In this document: positions 42,204 to 54,025 of the stretch, piece after piece | Position numbering within the stretch: the first letter of the stretch is position 1 | Layout: each line of letters starts with the position of its first letter | DNA from: an uncultured Chloroflexia bacterium | Lineage (GTDB): Bacteria > Chloroflexota > UBA6077 > JACCZL01 | DNA: 64,000 nt | Assembly (NCBI GenBank): GCA_963765765.1 | Contig: CAVXYC010000015.1 | Span: 160,001 to 224,000 of the forward strand | Direction of reading: 5' to 3' | Notes under the pieces: model-generated | What the model was told of the DNA's origin: nothing | Databases searched by the model: none | Seen by the model: only the letters and a program-made list of their open reading frames with translations | Made by a program: the position numbers and the translations under genes

Positions 42204-43318
42204 TGTTGTACTCCGCCTTCCGAGGAATGCTGGTCGGGCGGCACGAAGATTCGCGCGGAATGCCCGGTGCGCTGAGAATAGGTTTTGGAGATGCGCGCCC
42301 CGACGCGTGCAGCCGCGCCTGGTGACGTTAGGGCCACGATCGACCCGCCAAACCCCCCACCGGTCATGCGCGCGCCGAATACATCGACATCTCCCGCTGT
42401 CAATTCTACTAACGTATCGATCTCTGGGATAGACACTTCATAGTCGTCTCGCATCGACGCGTGCGAATCGAGGAAGAGCCGTCCGAGCTGCTCTACGTGA
42501 TTCCGCTCCATGGCGTCTACCGCCTCCAAGACCCGGGCATTCTCGGTGACCACGTGTCGCGCCCTGCCGGCCAGCGGCCTGGGCAGCGATTCAATTCGCG
42601 GAAGATCGTTTACTGAGCATTCTCGTAGGAGGTCAATCCCAAGCAGGCGACACGCTTCTTCGCATTCCGACCGTCGGCGGTTGTAATCCCCCGACGCATG
42701 GCGGTGAGTGATCCCAGAATGGATCACCAGGAGATCGGCTGCGACAGGCATCGGAACGCGGCGGTACTCCAGGCTACGGGTGTCTAAGAAGAGTGCCGAT
42801 GATGCGTCAGCAAGGCTGACCGCCATCTGGTCCATGATGCCGACTCGAGCGCCGACGAAGTCGTTTTCAGCCGTTTGTCCGAGCCTGGCGAGCTCAACGT
42901 CACTGAGATTCAGCTCAAATGCTTCGCGTAGCGCTCGGAGAAGGGCGATCTCCAGGGCGGCGCTTGAGGACAGCCCACTGCCAGTCGGCACGGTGGAGTA
43001 GATCCGTGCATCGAAGCCGTTGATTTCGCATCCCGCTACTTCGAGCGCCCGAGTGACGCCCTGAATGTAGTCCAGCCACGATCGAGTCTGGAGCTCCTCT
43101 CCAAGCGTGTATTCGAGGTCGCGAGAGTCTCTGGAGTGAGTGACGCTCCAGACTCGGACCAGGCGATCCCGACGCCGCACCAGCTCAACCCGCGTCGTTT
43201 GCGGGATTGTTGTGGGCAGCACGAATCCGCCGTTGTAGTCCGTGTGCTCGCCAATCAAGTTGACGCGACCTGGCGCTTCACCGATGGCCGTGTCGTGCCG
43301 ATTCGCATCCTGCTGCAT
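42200..43318 (-). CDS. galK: Galactokinase
   Basis: APGRVNLIGEHTDYN, GSGLSSSA, GIMDQ, GARMTGGGFGG. Confidence 0.97.
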   Translation of the reverse strand: MQQDANRHDTAIGEAPGRVNLIGEHTDYNGGFVLPTTIPQTTRVELVRRRDRLVRVWSVTHSRDSRDLEYTLGEELQTRSWLDYIQGVTRALEVAGCEINGFDARIYSTVPTGSGLSSSAALEIALLRALREAFELNLSDVELARLGQTAENDFVGARVGIMDQMAVSLADASSALFLDTRSLEYRRVPMPVAADLLVIHSGITHRHASGDYNRRRSECEEACRLLGIDLLRECSVNDLPRIESLPRPLAGRARHVVTENARVLEAVDAMERNHVEQLGRLFLDSHASMRDDYEVSIPEIDTLVELTAGDVDVFGARMTGGGFGGSIVALTSPGAAARVGARISKTYSQRTGHSARIFVPPDQHSSEGGVQQ

Positions 43319-43431
43319 AGTGCCTCTGCTTCAGATTACCGCACGGCTACCGCGCTGGCTCACTGTCCATCGGCTTCGGCGCTTGCAATTGCCCTGGCAT
43401 GCGTCGTGCAAAGGCGGGCCTCGGCCCCGCA

Positions 43432-43946
43432 GGGTCTCGCATCTGGTGGCCGCCTTCGCGCCTCGGGATGGGCAGGTGCTGGGCCAAAAAGGGGGACGCT
43501 GAAGGAGCACGAGCTGCGCCTGGCGGAGGCGCTGTTGGCCGATCTCGACCTCCACGGCGTCACGGTCACCGGTGACGCCCAATTTTGCCAGCGTGCCCTG
43601 AGTCATCAGGTGGTCGCGGCGGGCGGCGCGTATTTCTGGGCGGTCAAAGACAACCAGCACCGGCTCCTGGAAGCGTTGGTGGCGCTGTTTACCCTGGAGC
43701 CCCCACCCGGTGTGACGTTCGCTCGGGCGGTGCAGCGCGGCCGGCACGGCGATCGGCAGGAAGAGCGCACGCTGCGGACATCGACGCTCCTGAACGACTA
43801 CCTCGATTGGCCGCATGTGGCTCAGGTCTGCACCATTGAACGGGTCGTCACGCGGCACGGGCGGACCACCCGGGAAGCCGGGTATGCGCTCACGAGTCTC
43901 CACCCGGATCAGGCCGACGCCACCAGCCTGGCCGCCCTTTGGCGGC
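43432..43946 (+). mobile_element. ISAs1-family transposase internal remnant
   Basis: HLVAAFAPRDGQVLGQ / LDLHGVTVTGDAQFCQR...YFWAVKDNQ...RHGDRQEERTL...YALTSL...LAALWR. Lacks the N-terminus and the HWGIEN segment; no terminal IRs seen. Confidence 0.85.
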
Positions 43947-44021
43947 TCGGCCCCGCCAGGGGATTGCGGGGCGCGTGCTCTTACCTCCCCGTGCGTACAT
44001 GGAAAAGTTCGTGAGGGTAAT

Positions 44022-45268
44022 GTGCACAAAGATTTCGATATCGTCTGTCTCTCCCATCTGCGATGGGATTTTGTGTATCAGCGACCGCAGCACCTCCTGA
44101 GTCGATGCGCCCGGGAGCGACGGGTTCTGTTCATCGAGGAGCCCGTGCTGACCGATGGCGAATCCGCATGGAGAGTGACGCCACGTAGCGACAACCTTAC
44201 CGTTGCCGTACCAGACCTCTCGTTCGCGGATTTCAACGGCAATCAAGACGCGGTAGTCGCGGGAATGATCGACCGTCTCTTCGCCGAGCAACAAATCTCG
44301 CGCTACGTGCTCTGGTACTACACGCCGATGGCGGTAGCGCTGACTCGTCATCTGATGCCCGTCGCCTCGGTCTATGACTGCATGGACGAGCTGTCAGCCT
44401 TTGCCGGCGCGTCGCCCATCATCCGACTTCGAGAAGCCGAGTTATTCGAGTCCGCCGACATCGTATTCACGGGCGGTCAGAGCTTGTATGAGAGCAAGCG
44501 TCGGTTGCATAGCAATGTTCATGTCTTCCCAAGCAGCGTCGATGTCGCTCATTTTGGTCAGGCTCGCGATTGGGCCGATGAGCCTGCAGACCAGGCACAA
44601 ATCCCAGGCCCGCGTCTCGGGTTTTTCGGAGTCATCGATGAGCGTCTCGATCGGGAGCTGATTGACGGTGTGGCCGCCGCGCGGCCTGACTGGCAGTTTG
44701 TCATGTTGGGGCCCGTGGTCAAGATCGATCCATCGCAGCTCCCAGTCGTCCGAATATCCATTTCCTGGGAGCGAAGGACTACAAAGACCTCCCCAGCTAC
44801 CTGGCGGGCTGGGACGTGGCGCTCCTTCCGTTTGCGCGGAATGAGTCGACGCGATTTATCAGCCCCACCAAGACCCCCGAATATCTCGCCGCCGGCTGCC
44901 CGGTAGTCTCTACGTCAATCCGAGATGTCGTTCGACCCTACGGCGAGATGCGACTCGTGCACATCGCCGATAACGTGAATACGTTCGTCGCAGCAGCCGA
45001 GCAGGCGATGCGGGCGGATAGGGCGGCGCTGCGGACACGGGTGGACGCGTTTCTCGACGGCAATTCCTGGGACGCTACCTGGGCGCAGATGCGTGCCGTC
45101 ATCGAATTGGAGATCGGTATCAACGCCCCCGCGCGTCTCGCTGATGCGACTTCACCGAGCTCCGAGCTTGCAGCTAGTCAGCTCAGAGTCCCGAGGGAGC
45201 TAATGCCTATCAGCATTGCACTCGGAACTCCGAGCAATCGTTTACCGAAGACTGCGCACCAGAGATAG
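44022..45268 (+). CDS. GT-B glycosyltransferase of glf-associated clusters (frameshift near 44745)
   Basis: CLSHLRWDFVYQRPQHL, YDCMDELS, GFFGVIDER; PFARNESTRFISPTKTPEYLAAG. Confidence 0.9.
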
Positions 45269-45280
45269 AAGGATCACAAT

Positions 45281-46499
45281 TTGTTCGATTACATGATCGT
45301 TGGCGCTGGATTTGCTGGAAGCGTCATTGCGGAGCGGCTAGCCGAGGGATTGAACCAGAAAGTCCTCCTTGTTGATCGGCGCCCGCACGTTGGTGGAAAC
45401 GCATATGACTGCTACGACGACCACGGTGTGCTCATCCACAAATATGGCCCCCACATTTTTCACACTAATTCTGCTGACGTGTTCGATTACCTATCGCGGT
45501 TCACGGAATGGCGCCAATACCAGCATCGGGTCCAGGCCAGCGTTGACGGGCAGCTCGTCCCAATGCCCATCAACCTGGACACGATCAATCAGCTTTACGG
45601 ACTCAGTTTAAATTCCCTTCAGCTCGATGAATTCCTTGCTTCGGTCGCGGAGCCGAGGTCGGAGATTCGGACATCAGAGGATGTCGTCGTAAGCAAAGTC
45701 GGGCGCGAGCTGTATGAGAAGTTCTTCAGGAACTACACGCGGAAGCAGTGGGGGATTGATCCTTCCGAGCTCGACGCGTCAGTTACGGCCCGCGTGCCTA
45801 CGCGGAATAACCGTGACGATAGGTACTTTACCGATCGATATCAGGCGATGCCTCTGCACGGGTACACCCGGATGTTCCGAACGCATGATCGATCATCCCA
45901 ACATCAAAGTCATGTTGAACGTCGATTATCGGGAGATCAAACAGATTATTCCTTTCCGACAGATGATCTATACGGGACCGGTGGATGAGTACTTCGACTT
46001 TCGATTCGGGAAGCTGCCGTATCGGTCGATAGATTTCCGATTCGAAACGCATGACCGACCGGTGTATCAGCCAGTGGCGGTAGTGAACTATCCGAATGAA
46101 TACGCGTACACCCGAATCACTGAGTTCAAGTATCTGACCGGCCAGGCGCATGCGAAGACCACTGTGGTCTACGAGTATCCGACTTCGGAAGGTGATCCCT
46201 ACTATCCCGTCCCGAAGCCCGAGAACGCCGAGCTGTACAAGCGGTACTCAGCACTCGCGGAGGCGACGCCAAGCGTTCACTTTGTAGGCCGTCTCGCTAC
46301 GTACAAGTACTACAACATGGATCAGGTGGTGGCGCAGGCGCTGGCCACCTACGATCGCATTCGGGGTGCTCGCAAGCTCACTGTCGCGAGTGACGACTCA
46401 ATGAAGATCTTGGCTGACGCGGCAGCGCGGACTCCCGACGGGGATCCTCGAGGTAAGCCGCTGGCTGCTGCTACTGGATCCGCTGGGAACCGAAACTGA
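45281..46499 (+). CDS. glf: UDP-galactopyranose mutase (frameshift near 45877)
   Basis: IVGAGFAG, HKYGPHIFHT, YTRKQWG, DDRYF; PYYP, GRLATYKYYNMDQ. Confidence 0.95.
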
Positions 46500-46501
46500 C
46501 C

Positions 46502-48748
46502 GTGGCATCGAATTATTTCAGTGAGCCGCCTTCTGAGCTCCACCTGTGGGCCGGATTCGAGTGCACCGTTGCTAGGCTGGGTGACCGCTACGTTGACCAG
46601 TTAGAGCTAAGCGGCCACGCTTCCCGCCTGGACGATCTCAACATGCTCGCTGAACTTGGTGCTCGAGCAGTGCGCTATCCGGTTATTTGGGAGCGAACCG
46701 CTCCGGCTCACATAGAGGATGCGGACTGGACGTGGTCCGATGAGCGTTTGTCGCGATTGCGCACACTCGGGATCGAGCCGATCGTCGGACTCGTCCACCA
46801 CGGCAGCGGCCCTCCAGATACCAGCCTCATAGACCCGCAATTTCCGGAGCGTGTCGCGCACTACGCTCGCGCGGTGGCCGAGCGATATCCATGGATTCAG
46901 GGCTGGACTCCGATCAACGAGCCGCTTACAACCGCGCGATTCAGTGGTCTATACGGCCACTGGTACCCGCACGGCTGCGACTACCGAACGTTTTTGCGCG
47001 CGCTTCTGAACCAATGCAGGGCGGTCGTCCTGGCCATGGAAGAGATCCGCGCGGTCAATCCGGATGCGCAGCTCGTGCAGACGGACGATCTTGGAAAGGC
47101 GTTTGGCACCGACGTGCTGCAGTACCAGGTTGATTTCGAGAACGAGCGCCGTTGGCTTTCGTTCGACCTGTTGTGCGGTCGGCTCTCGGAGAACCATCAT
47201 CTCCGGAACTTCGTCGTGGACCACGGTGCAACGCCGGATGAGCTCGAGTGGTTCCAAAAGCACGCCTGTCCACCAAACATCCTTGGTATCAATCATTATC
47301 TCAGCAGCGAGCGGTTTCTGGACGAGCGACTCGATAGGTATCCTCCGGATGCCTGGGGCGGCAACGGTCAGCATGAGTACGCGGACGTTCTCGCCGCGCG
47401 AGTGCTGTCCTTGGGCCCAGCCGGGCCGCGCACGTTGCTCGGCGAAGCGTGGGATCGTTACGGGATTCCATTGGCTATCACCGAGGCCCACAACGGATGT
47501 ACGCGCGAAGAGCAAATTCGCTGGCTGATGGAGATCTGGACGGCGGCAGAAGACGCTCGGCACGCTGGGATCGACATGCGCGCTGTGACTGCATGGTCGC
47601 TGCTTGGCGCATTTGATTGGGATACCTTGCTAACTCAGCCGGTGGAGAGCTACGAGCCAGGAGTCTTCGACTTGCGCGGACCTCGCCCGCGTCCAACCGC
47701 CGCGTTCCATGTGCTTCAAACGCTGGCCACTGGCGGCGTTCCAGAACATCCTGCCCTGGACGTGCCCGGCTGGTGGCGTCGACCAGAGCGACTTCTTTAC
47801 GGTGTCTCGGTGGAGCTTGCAGCGCGCGCGCCTGATGGTGGAGGTACTTCTAGATCCGCCGCAAGCTCCGAAGTGCGGAAGGGAGTGGAACGACCGCCAC
47901 GGGAACTAGTGATTACTGGAGCGACAGGCACACTTGGGCGCGCCTTTGCGCGCTCCTGCGAGGCGCGTGGACTGCCGTATCGACTGTTATCGCGCCAAGA
48001 TATGGACATCGCCCGCGCGAGCTCCGTGCAAGTGACGCTGCGTGACATCCGTCCCTGGGCGGTGATCAACACTGCGGGATACGTCCGGGTGGATGATGCC
48101 GAAAGTGACGCCGAGCGGTGCATGCGTGAGAATCTGCACGGGCCGACCGTTTTGGCCGAGGTGTGTCGCGATCTCGATCTCCCCCTTGTCTCGTTTTCAT
48201 CGGATCTCGTCTTTGACGGAGCTCAGAGAGAGCCATACGTCGAGACGGATCCAGCGCATCCGCTTAACGTGTATGGCACCAGCAAGCGCGCCGCAGAAGA
48301 GTCGGTTCTGGCGACCTGTCCGTCTGCTCTCATGGTGCGGACGAGCGCCTTCTTCAGCCCCTCCGACCAGTACAACTTCGTAACGCTCACCCTTCAGGCC
48401 TTGCAACGAGGGCAGCGATGTCTGGCCGCGGCGGACGCGGTCATCTCGCCGACGTATGTGCCCGACCTCGTGGAAGCTACACTCGACCTCCTCATCGACG
48501 GAGAATCGGGACTCTGGCATCTGGCTAATCCCTCGGCGGTCACCTGGGCGGAGCTGGCCAGGCTGGCCGCAAATCGGGTTGGTGTAGACGCATCCACGCT
48601 GGTGGACTGCCCAACGAGCGAGATGGGCTGGACGGCAACACGACCGCGCTACTGTGCGCTTTCGAGCGTTCGGGGCGTTCTGCTGCCGCCATTGGAACGC
48701 GCTCTCGACAGATATGCGGAGGCCTGGGCCGCTCAACGCGCAGATTGA
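46502..48748 (+). CDS. GH1-like glycoside hydrolase fused to an RmlD-like SDR domain
   Basis: WAGFECT, TPINEP, AITEAH in the N-terminal part; ITGATGTLG, FSSDLVFDG, YGTSK in the C-terminal part. Confidence 0.9.
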   Translation: MASNYFSEPPSELHLWAGFECTVARLGDRYVDQLELSGHASRLDDLNMLAELGARAVRYPVIWERTAPAHIEDADWTWSDERLSRLRTLGIEPIVGLVHHGSGPPDTSLIDPQFPERVAHYARAVAERYPWIQGWTPINEPLTTARFSGLYGHWYPHGCDYRTFLRALLNQCRAVVLAMEEIRAVNPDAQLVQTDDLGKAFGTDVLQYQVDFENERRWLSFDLLCGRLSENHHLRNFVVDHGATPDELEWFQKHACPPNILGINHYLSSERFLDERLDRYPPDAWGGNGQHEYADVLAARVLSLGPAGPRTLLGEAWDRYGIPLAITEAHNGCTREEQIRWLMEIWTAAEDARHAGIDMRAVTAWSLLGAFDWDTLLTQPVESYEPGVFDLRGPRPRPTAAFHVLQTLATGGVPEHPALDVPGWWRRPERLLYGVSVELAARAPDGGGTSRSAASSEVRKGVERPPRELVITGATGTLGRAFARSCEARGLPYRLLSRQDMDIARASSVQVTLRDIRPWAVINTAGYVRVDDAESDAERCMRENLHGPTVLAEVCRDLDLPLVSFSSDLVFDGAQREPYVETDPAHPLNVYGTSKRAAEESVLATCPSALMVRTSAFFSPSDQYNFVTLTLQALQRGQRCLAAADAVISPTYVPDLVEATLDLLIDGESGLWHLANPSAVTWAELARLAANRVGVDASTLVDCPTSEMGWTATRPRYCALSSVRGVLLPPLERALDRYAEAWAAQRAD

Positions 48749-48827
48749 GTATTCTGGTCGCTAGAGGTCTCAGGGTCTGTATCTTGGGCGGGCCCCAGGT
48801 TTCCGGAAGATACGGTTGTTAAGCGGA

Positions 48828-50656
48828 ATGCACGGTTATCCACGGCCACAGCTGCGGCGGGCGACATGGACATCGCTGAACGGTGAATGGGACTTTGCCA
48901 TCGATCACGATGCTCGCTGGGAGCAGCCGTCGCAAGTCCAGTGGGAGCGCACCATCCGTGTACCCTACGCTCCTGAGACGGCCGCGAGTGGAATTCAGGA
49001 GATGGGCCTGGTCTCTGCCTGCTGGTACCACCGCGACATCGACGAGGCTGCATTGTCGGATGGTGAGCGGCTCATCTTGCACTTTGGGGCCGTCGACTAC
49101 GAGGCATGCGTCTGGTTCAATGACTGCCTCGTTGCCACGCATGAAGGCGGCTACACCCCATTTGCCGTTGACGTGACGCCGCTGTTGCGCCCGGGCAGCC
49201 AGTGCATTGTCGTGCGCGCGATTGATGACCCATTCGATCTCGCCAAACCGCGGGGGAAGCAAGATTGGCAATTGAATCCGCACGCTATCTGGTATCCGCG
49301 AACGACAGGAATCTGGCAGACGGTATGGCTTGAGAAGCTTCCCGCAACGTGGATCGACTCCTTGCAGTGGGATTGCAACCTGGAACGTTGGGAAATCGGC
49401 CTGGCCGCCCAAGTTCGCGGACGTCACCTCCACGACTCGCTCCAGCTTCATGTGTCTCTGCGCGCGGGAGACGAGGTTCTCGCCAGCGATACCTATCGAC
49501 TCACTGGCGATCACCTCACGCGGCGCATCACACTCTCCGACCCAGGTATCGATGACTATCGGAATGAATTGCTCTGGAGTCCGCAACGGCCGACGTTGAT
49601 CGATGCACTGATCGAGGTAAGAACCCCGGACGGCACTGTGCTCGACCGTGTTCGAAGCTACACGGCGTTGCGGACTGTCGGCGTCCAGGGTGATCGATTC
49701 CTGCTCAATGGCCGACCGTACCGGCCGCGCATGGTCCTGGATCAAGGATACTGGCCGGAGTCAGGCCTCACTCCTCCAGACGATGAGGCTTTGCGACGGG
49801 ATGTCGAACTGGCCAAGAGCATGGGCTTTAACGGAGTGCGGAAACACCAGAAGATCGAGGATCCCCGTTACCTCTACTGGGCTGATCGACTGGGGCTGCT
49901 GGTCTGGGAAGAGATGCCAAGCGCTACCGCTTTACTCAGCGGTCAGTGGAGCGTCTCATCAAGGAATGGGAGGCGGCTATCGCTCGAGACCGGAGTCATC
50001 CATGCATCGTTTCCTGGGTTCCATTTAATGAATCCTGGGGCGTTCCTGACTTGCCATTCATTGCCGCGCAGCGTCACTATGTGCAGGCTCTCTACCATCT
50101 TACGCACACCTTGGACTCCGGCGCGTCCCGTGATCGGAAATGACGGCTGGGAGAGTGTCGCAACGGACATCGTTGGCATCCACGATTACGACGAGGACAC
50201 CTCGAAGATCGCGCGGCGGTACGAGACGGAGGAAGTGCTGCCGCGTCTCTTCCAACGCGAGCGCCCTGGTGGTCGCCAGCTCACGGTCGAAGGGTATCCA
50301 CATACGGGCCAGCCGATCATGATCACGGAGTTCGGTGGAATCACCTACGCCCATAATCCCGTGGGAACCTACGGTTATGCTCGAGCGACGAGTCCTGGGG
50401 ATCTCGCCGGCGCTACGCTGAGCTACTGGACACCGTGACGTCGCTTTCATTGATGGCGGGATTCTGCTACACGCAGTTTGCGGATACTTACCAGGAAGCC
50501 AATGGTCTGCTCTACGCGGACCGTACACCCAAGTTCCCCCTCCACGAGATGTCCCAGTCTACGCGCGGCCACCGAACGGCGCACGAGCGCTTCGTCGAAC
50601 GTGATTGGGATACTCAGCTTCTTCGGATTCGGCTCGACGATGGAGAGCGAGTGTAA
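48828..50656 (+). CDS. Glycoside hydrolase family 2 (about three frameshifts, 49925-50415)
   Basis: [55 protein letters not shown]. Confidence 0.92.
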
Positions 50657-50706
50657 GCGCCTACGTCACGCCCGACTAACGTCAAATTAAGGCAAAGGCG
50701 CGCAAC

Positions 50707-50793
50707 GTAGCACGGGCCCTTGTGCCCAATGCCTTGGGAACCCCAATCGTCGGTTCACGCATTCAAGGCACACGGCACAAGGCGCCGTGCTAC
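50707..50793. repeat. Family A REP doublet
   Basis: GTAGCACGGGCCCTTGTGCC ... GGCACAAGGCGCCGTGCTAC. Confidence 0.75.
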
Positions 50794-50898
50794 GTTGCCA
50801 CAATATCTGGTGGGGCACGAGTCCTGCAGTGCCAGGCCGCGGCTGATCCCGCGCCGGAGATAGAAGTGGCTCGAGCACAACGTGCATCCGTTGGCACT

Positions 50899-51708
50899 GT
50901 GGTCAATCGACCCATCGATGAGAACTCCATTACGTTCATTGGTACCGCCACAGTTCTTGTCCGCATCCAAGGCTTCACCGTCCTGACCGATCCTAATTTT
51001 CTTCATCGCGGCCAGCACGCGCGTCTGGACTACGGCCTCCGATCTCGCAGGAGGACCGAGCCGGCTATGCAGATCGGTCAACTACCGCCGCTCGATCTCA
51101 TCGTTCTCTCCCACTTTCATGAAGACCACTTTGACCGGATTGCCGAACGCGGACTGGATCGTTCGACGCCAATCGTGACAACTCCTCACGCCGCGGCGGA
51201 GCTCGACAAGCGAGGCTTTGCCGCAACGCAAGGCATTGAGCGGTGGCAGTCGTTTGAAGTGGAAAAGGGAGAGCTTCGACTGCGGATCACCGCCGCCCCT
51301 GCTCAGCATGGTCCGCGTCTCGTCTCGAAACTGTTGCCGGAAACGATGGGCAGCGTCTGGGAGCTTTATCGGGGCCCGAGCCTGGATGGACCGCGCCTCT
51401 ACGTCAGCGGAGATACCTTAATGCACGAGGACATTGGCGATATCCCGCGCCAATTCCCCGATGTGGATCTTGCACTGGTGCATCTCGGTGGTACGCGGAT
51501 CTTCGGCGTGCTTCTCACCATGGATGGCAAACAGGGTGTTGAGCTGATCAAGACCGTCCGGCCGAAACTCTCGATCCCCATTCACTATGACGACTACACA
51601 GTCTTCAAGTCGCCCCTCAGAGACTTCCAGTACCAGGTAGAAACCGCTGGCCTTATGGGGCAGGTGCAATATTTACAGCGCGGAGAGTCGTTCCAGCTTC
51701 GCACTTGA
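50899..51708 (+). CDS. MBL-fold metallohydrolase
   Basis: LTDPNF, SHFHEDHFD, YVSGDT, IPIHY. Confidence 0.9.
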   Translation: MVNRPIDENSITFIGTATVLVRIQGFTVLTDPNFLHRGQHARLDYGLRSRRRTEPAMQIGQLPPLDLIVLSHFHEDHFDRIAERGLDRSTPIVTTPHAAAELDKRGFAATQGIERWQSFEVEKGELRLRITAAPAQHGPRLVSKLLPETMGSVWELYRGPSLDGPRLYVSGDTLMHEDIGDIPRQFPDVDLALVHLGGTRIFGVLLTMDGKQGVELIKTVRPKLSIPIHYDDYTVFKSPLRDFQYQVETAGLMGQVQYLQRGESFQLRT

Positions 51709-52147
51709 TCATTTGAGCCGTCAATCGCGCGGCTCTGGATTGAAACCCCGGGAGGCTTACGGCGAGTCTAGCCGTTTCGTACGTGCTCGCTGGAGCAGAT
51801 CGGGCACCAGTGCTCATCAGCGTCGAAATCAAATCGGCTGCCACGGTCTCCGGCCATAACCTCGTGGTTAGGCTTCACGCGTAGGGCGTCGTCCGCATCG
51901 GCGCTGGGCGCGCCCGCCTTCCCAATGCGGAGCTGCTGGGCGCGGGCAACGCGCGGTTCGAGATCGATGCCCAGACCAGTCAAGGCCCCCAACCGCGGTG
52001 CTGACAAGTGTGCTGCCGGACTGACGAAAGAATGAGCGTCGCGAAACCGCCATGCGGTTCCTCCAGGCCTGGATCGTGGGGCGGCCCTGCAGAAGCCCTG
52101 CCAGGGAGGACCTGGATTGACAGTTGTTTGCAAGCGCCTAGTCGATC

Positions 52148-52242
52148 TCCGAGCCGCGACCGTGAGCGAGCGGTTCCTTTCCGAGAGCATCTCTACTGCG
52201 CGATCTCTGGAGGGAACCGCTCGCTCACGGTCGCGGCTCGGA
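52148..52242. repeat. REPIN-like element, family D (30-bp inverted arms)
   Basis: TCCGAGCCGCGACCGTGAGCGAGCGGTTCC and its reverse complement at 52213-52242. Confidence 0.85.
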
Positions 52243-52259
52243 AGTTCCTTGGGGAGGGG

Positions 52260-52600
52260 CTAAAACACGTCGTCGCGCTCGCCGGACGCAAACTCGGCGG
52301 TGCGGGAGTCAAGCTCTACCGCCGGCACAAGCCCTTTGCGATCCAAGAGCCTCTCGAATGCGGCGAGCCAACGCTCGTAGTAAGTTGATTCGCTGGCCTG
52401 TTGGTCAGCCTCAGCGATCTCGGCGATGAGCTGCTGTCGAAAGTCTTCCCAATCGAGCTGATGACCCTCGCTCATGGCCACGGCCATGCCGAAGATCCGC
52501 CCCTCCCAGGCTTCGTTGAACACGAGCTCGCCGTTCTTGCGGGGCAAGCGCGGCGGATCCATCCATGTCGGCGATTTGACGGTCCGGTTCTTCCGACAGT
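52260..52600 (-). CDS. Nitrile hydratase accessory protein (P14K-like); start uncertain, likely frameshift near 52548
   Basis: LPRKNGELVFNEAWEGRIFGMAV...WEDFRQQLI...YYERWLAAFERLL; directly after the alpha subunit gene. Confidence 0.88.
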
Positions 52601-52607
52601 TCGACGC

Positions 52608-53222
52608 TCAGACGGTGGCGGGCTCGAGCGCGCGCGCTACGCCAATCATCGAATCGCGAGTGACGAGCGTGGCAAGCTGCTCTTCCGTCCAGCCCTCGGT
52701 TCCAGCGGGTCGCTCTGGAAGCACCAGATAGCGAAGCTCCGAGCTACTGTCCCAGACGCGGACTTCAACAGACTCGGGAACTTCTGTTCCGAATTCCGAA
52801 AGAACAGCTCGGGGTTCGATGACCGCTCTTGAGCGATATTCGAAGGACTTGTACCAGGTAGGTGGAAGGCCGATGAGCGCACTTGGATAACAAGAGCAGA
52901 GCGTGCACACCACCATATTGTGGATATCTGGAGTGTTCTCGATGACCTGTAGGTGCACGCCGCCAAATCCCATCTCGCCGATGGTGGCCGTACCGTCCTC
53001 CAGCAACCGCTTCTTGAACTCGGGGTCTGCCCAGGCACGGGCGATCACGCGTGCGCCGTTGTGTGGTCCAATGTCGTCTTCGTACATCGTGACGATGCGA
53101 TCCACGACATCACTGGTCATGAGCCCTTTCTCGATGAGCAGCGATTCGAGGGCTCGGACTCGGATGGAGGTCGGAGATTCTGGCTCCAGGTGGTGGGAGT
53201 GGTCGTGATCGTGAGTTGTCAT
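52608..53222 (-). CDS. nthA: Cobalt-type nitrile hydratase alpha subunit
   Basis: VCTLCSCY metal-binding motif, LPPTWYKSFEYRSR, RYLVLPERP. Confidence 0.96.
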   Translation of the reverse strand: MTTHDHDHSHHLEPESPTSIRVRALESLLIEKGLMTSDVVDRIVTMYEDDIGPHNGARVIARAWADPEFKKRLLEDGTATIGEMGFGGVHLQVIENTPDIHNMVVCTLCSCYPSALIGLPPTWYKSFEYRSRAVIEPRAVLSEFGTEVPESVEVRVWDSSSELRYLVLPERPAGTEGWTEEQLATLVTRDSMIGVARALEPATV

Positions 53223-53318
53223 GAGCTTAATACCTTCGAAGTAGTTGGAGTTAATGAGTTGAAAAGTGAAGAGTGGAGACGATGGACGCAATTCTTAGTA
53301 ACTCTTCACTCATAACAC

Positions 53319-53994
53319 TTAACTGCCAACGAGATAGCTTTCCCAGAGATCAAGACTGACTGTGGAATTTGGCTCCGCGGCGTCGGTCCATAGCTCCTGC
53401 GCTGTGAATCGCACGGTGTAGAGCGGTTGAGGCTGCTCACCCAGTCCCACGGCGTTCGTATCCGGGAAGACGTACACGCCGTGGACGCTATCGATGATCC
53501 CGTGTTTACCCCGAGCATACCGCGGAAGTCGCGTATGGCCACGAGGGTGAATGTTCCGAGTCGTTACCCTGTCACCCACTCGAAACTTCGGATCTGGCCC
53601 GGGACGCTTATAGTTGCGACCGCTGCGAACCTGGCTCACCAATGAGCTGACAGAGTCAGAGTCCGTTGCTTCGGGGAGTGGCGCGTCGGGGTTCTGCTCG
53701 ATTTGCGCGATCCGAGCCTGGAGCTCATCCGGATCGATGATGCCCTTCTCGATGAAGTTGCGGATGGACCGATCCAGCCAGCGCTCGTAGTAGCTGCGAC
53801 GTCAGGTATTTCGCGGGATCCATCTGCTCGATGCCATAACGCGACTCATCGATGTTGGTAATCCCGAGAGCACCGGCAACGCGACTCATCGCGACGACGG
53901 ATTTTTCCCATTCTTCATGGAAGACCGGCTCGTTATCTTCGCGTTGCACTCGCCCAAATCCGTGCATGCCGCCCATGTCATGGATGCCGTTCAT
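53319..53994 (-). CDS. nthB: Nitrile hydratase beta subunit (extra base near 53797)
   Basis: MNGIHDMGGMHGFG, FHEEWE, YYERWL, HTRLPRYARGKHG, DLWESYL. Confidence 0.95.
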
Positions 53995-54025
53995 GGATCG
54001 TCCCCTCGCCAGCGCGTCCGGCTCG

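Noticed and set aside
51768-52190. 140-aa ORF ending HWCPICS
   Set aside because: It starts inside a REP element and no family is recognised; at most a gene remnant.
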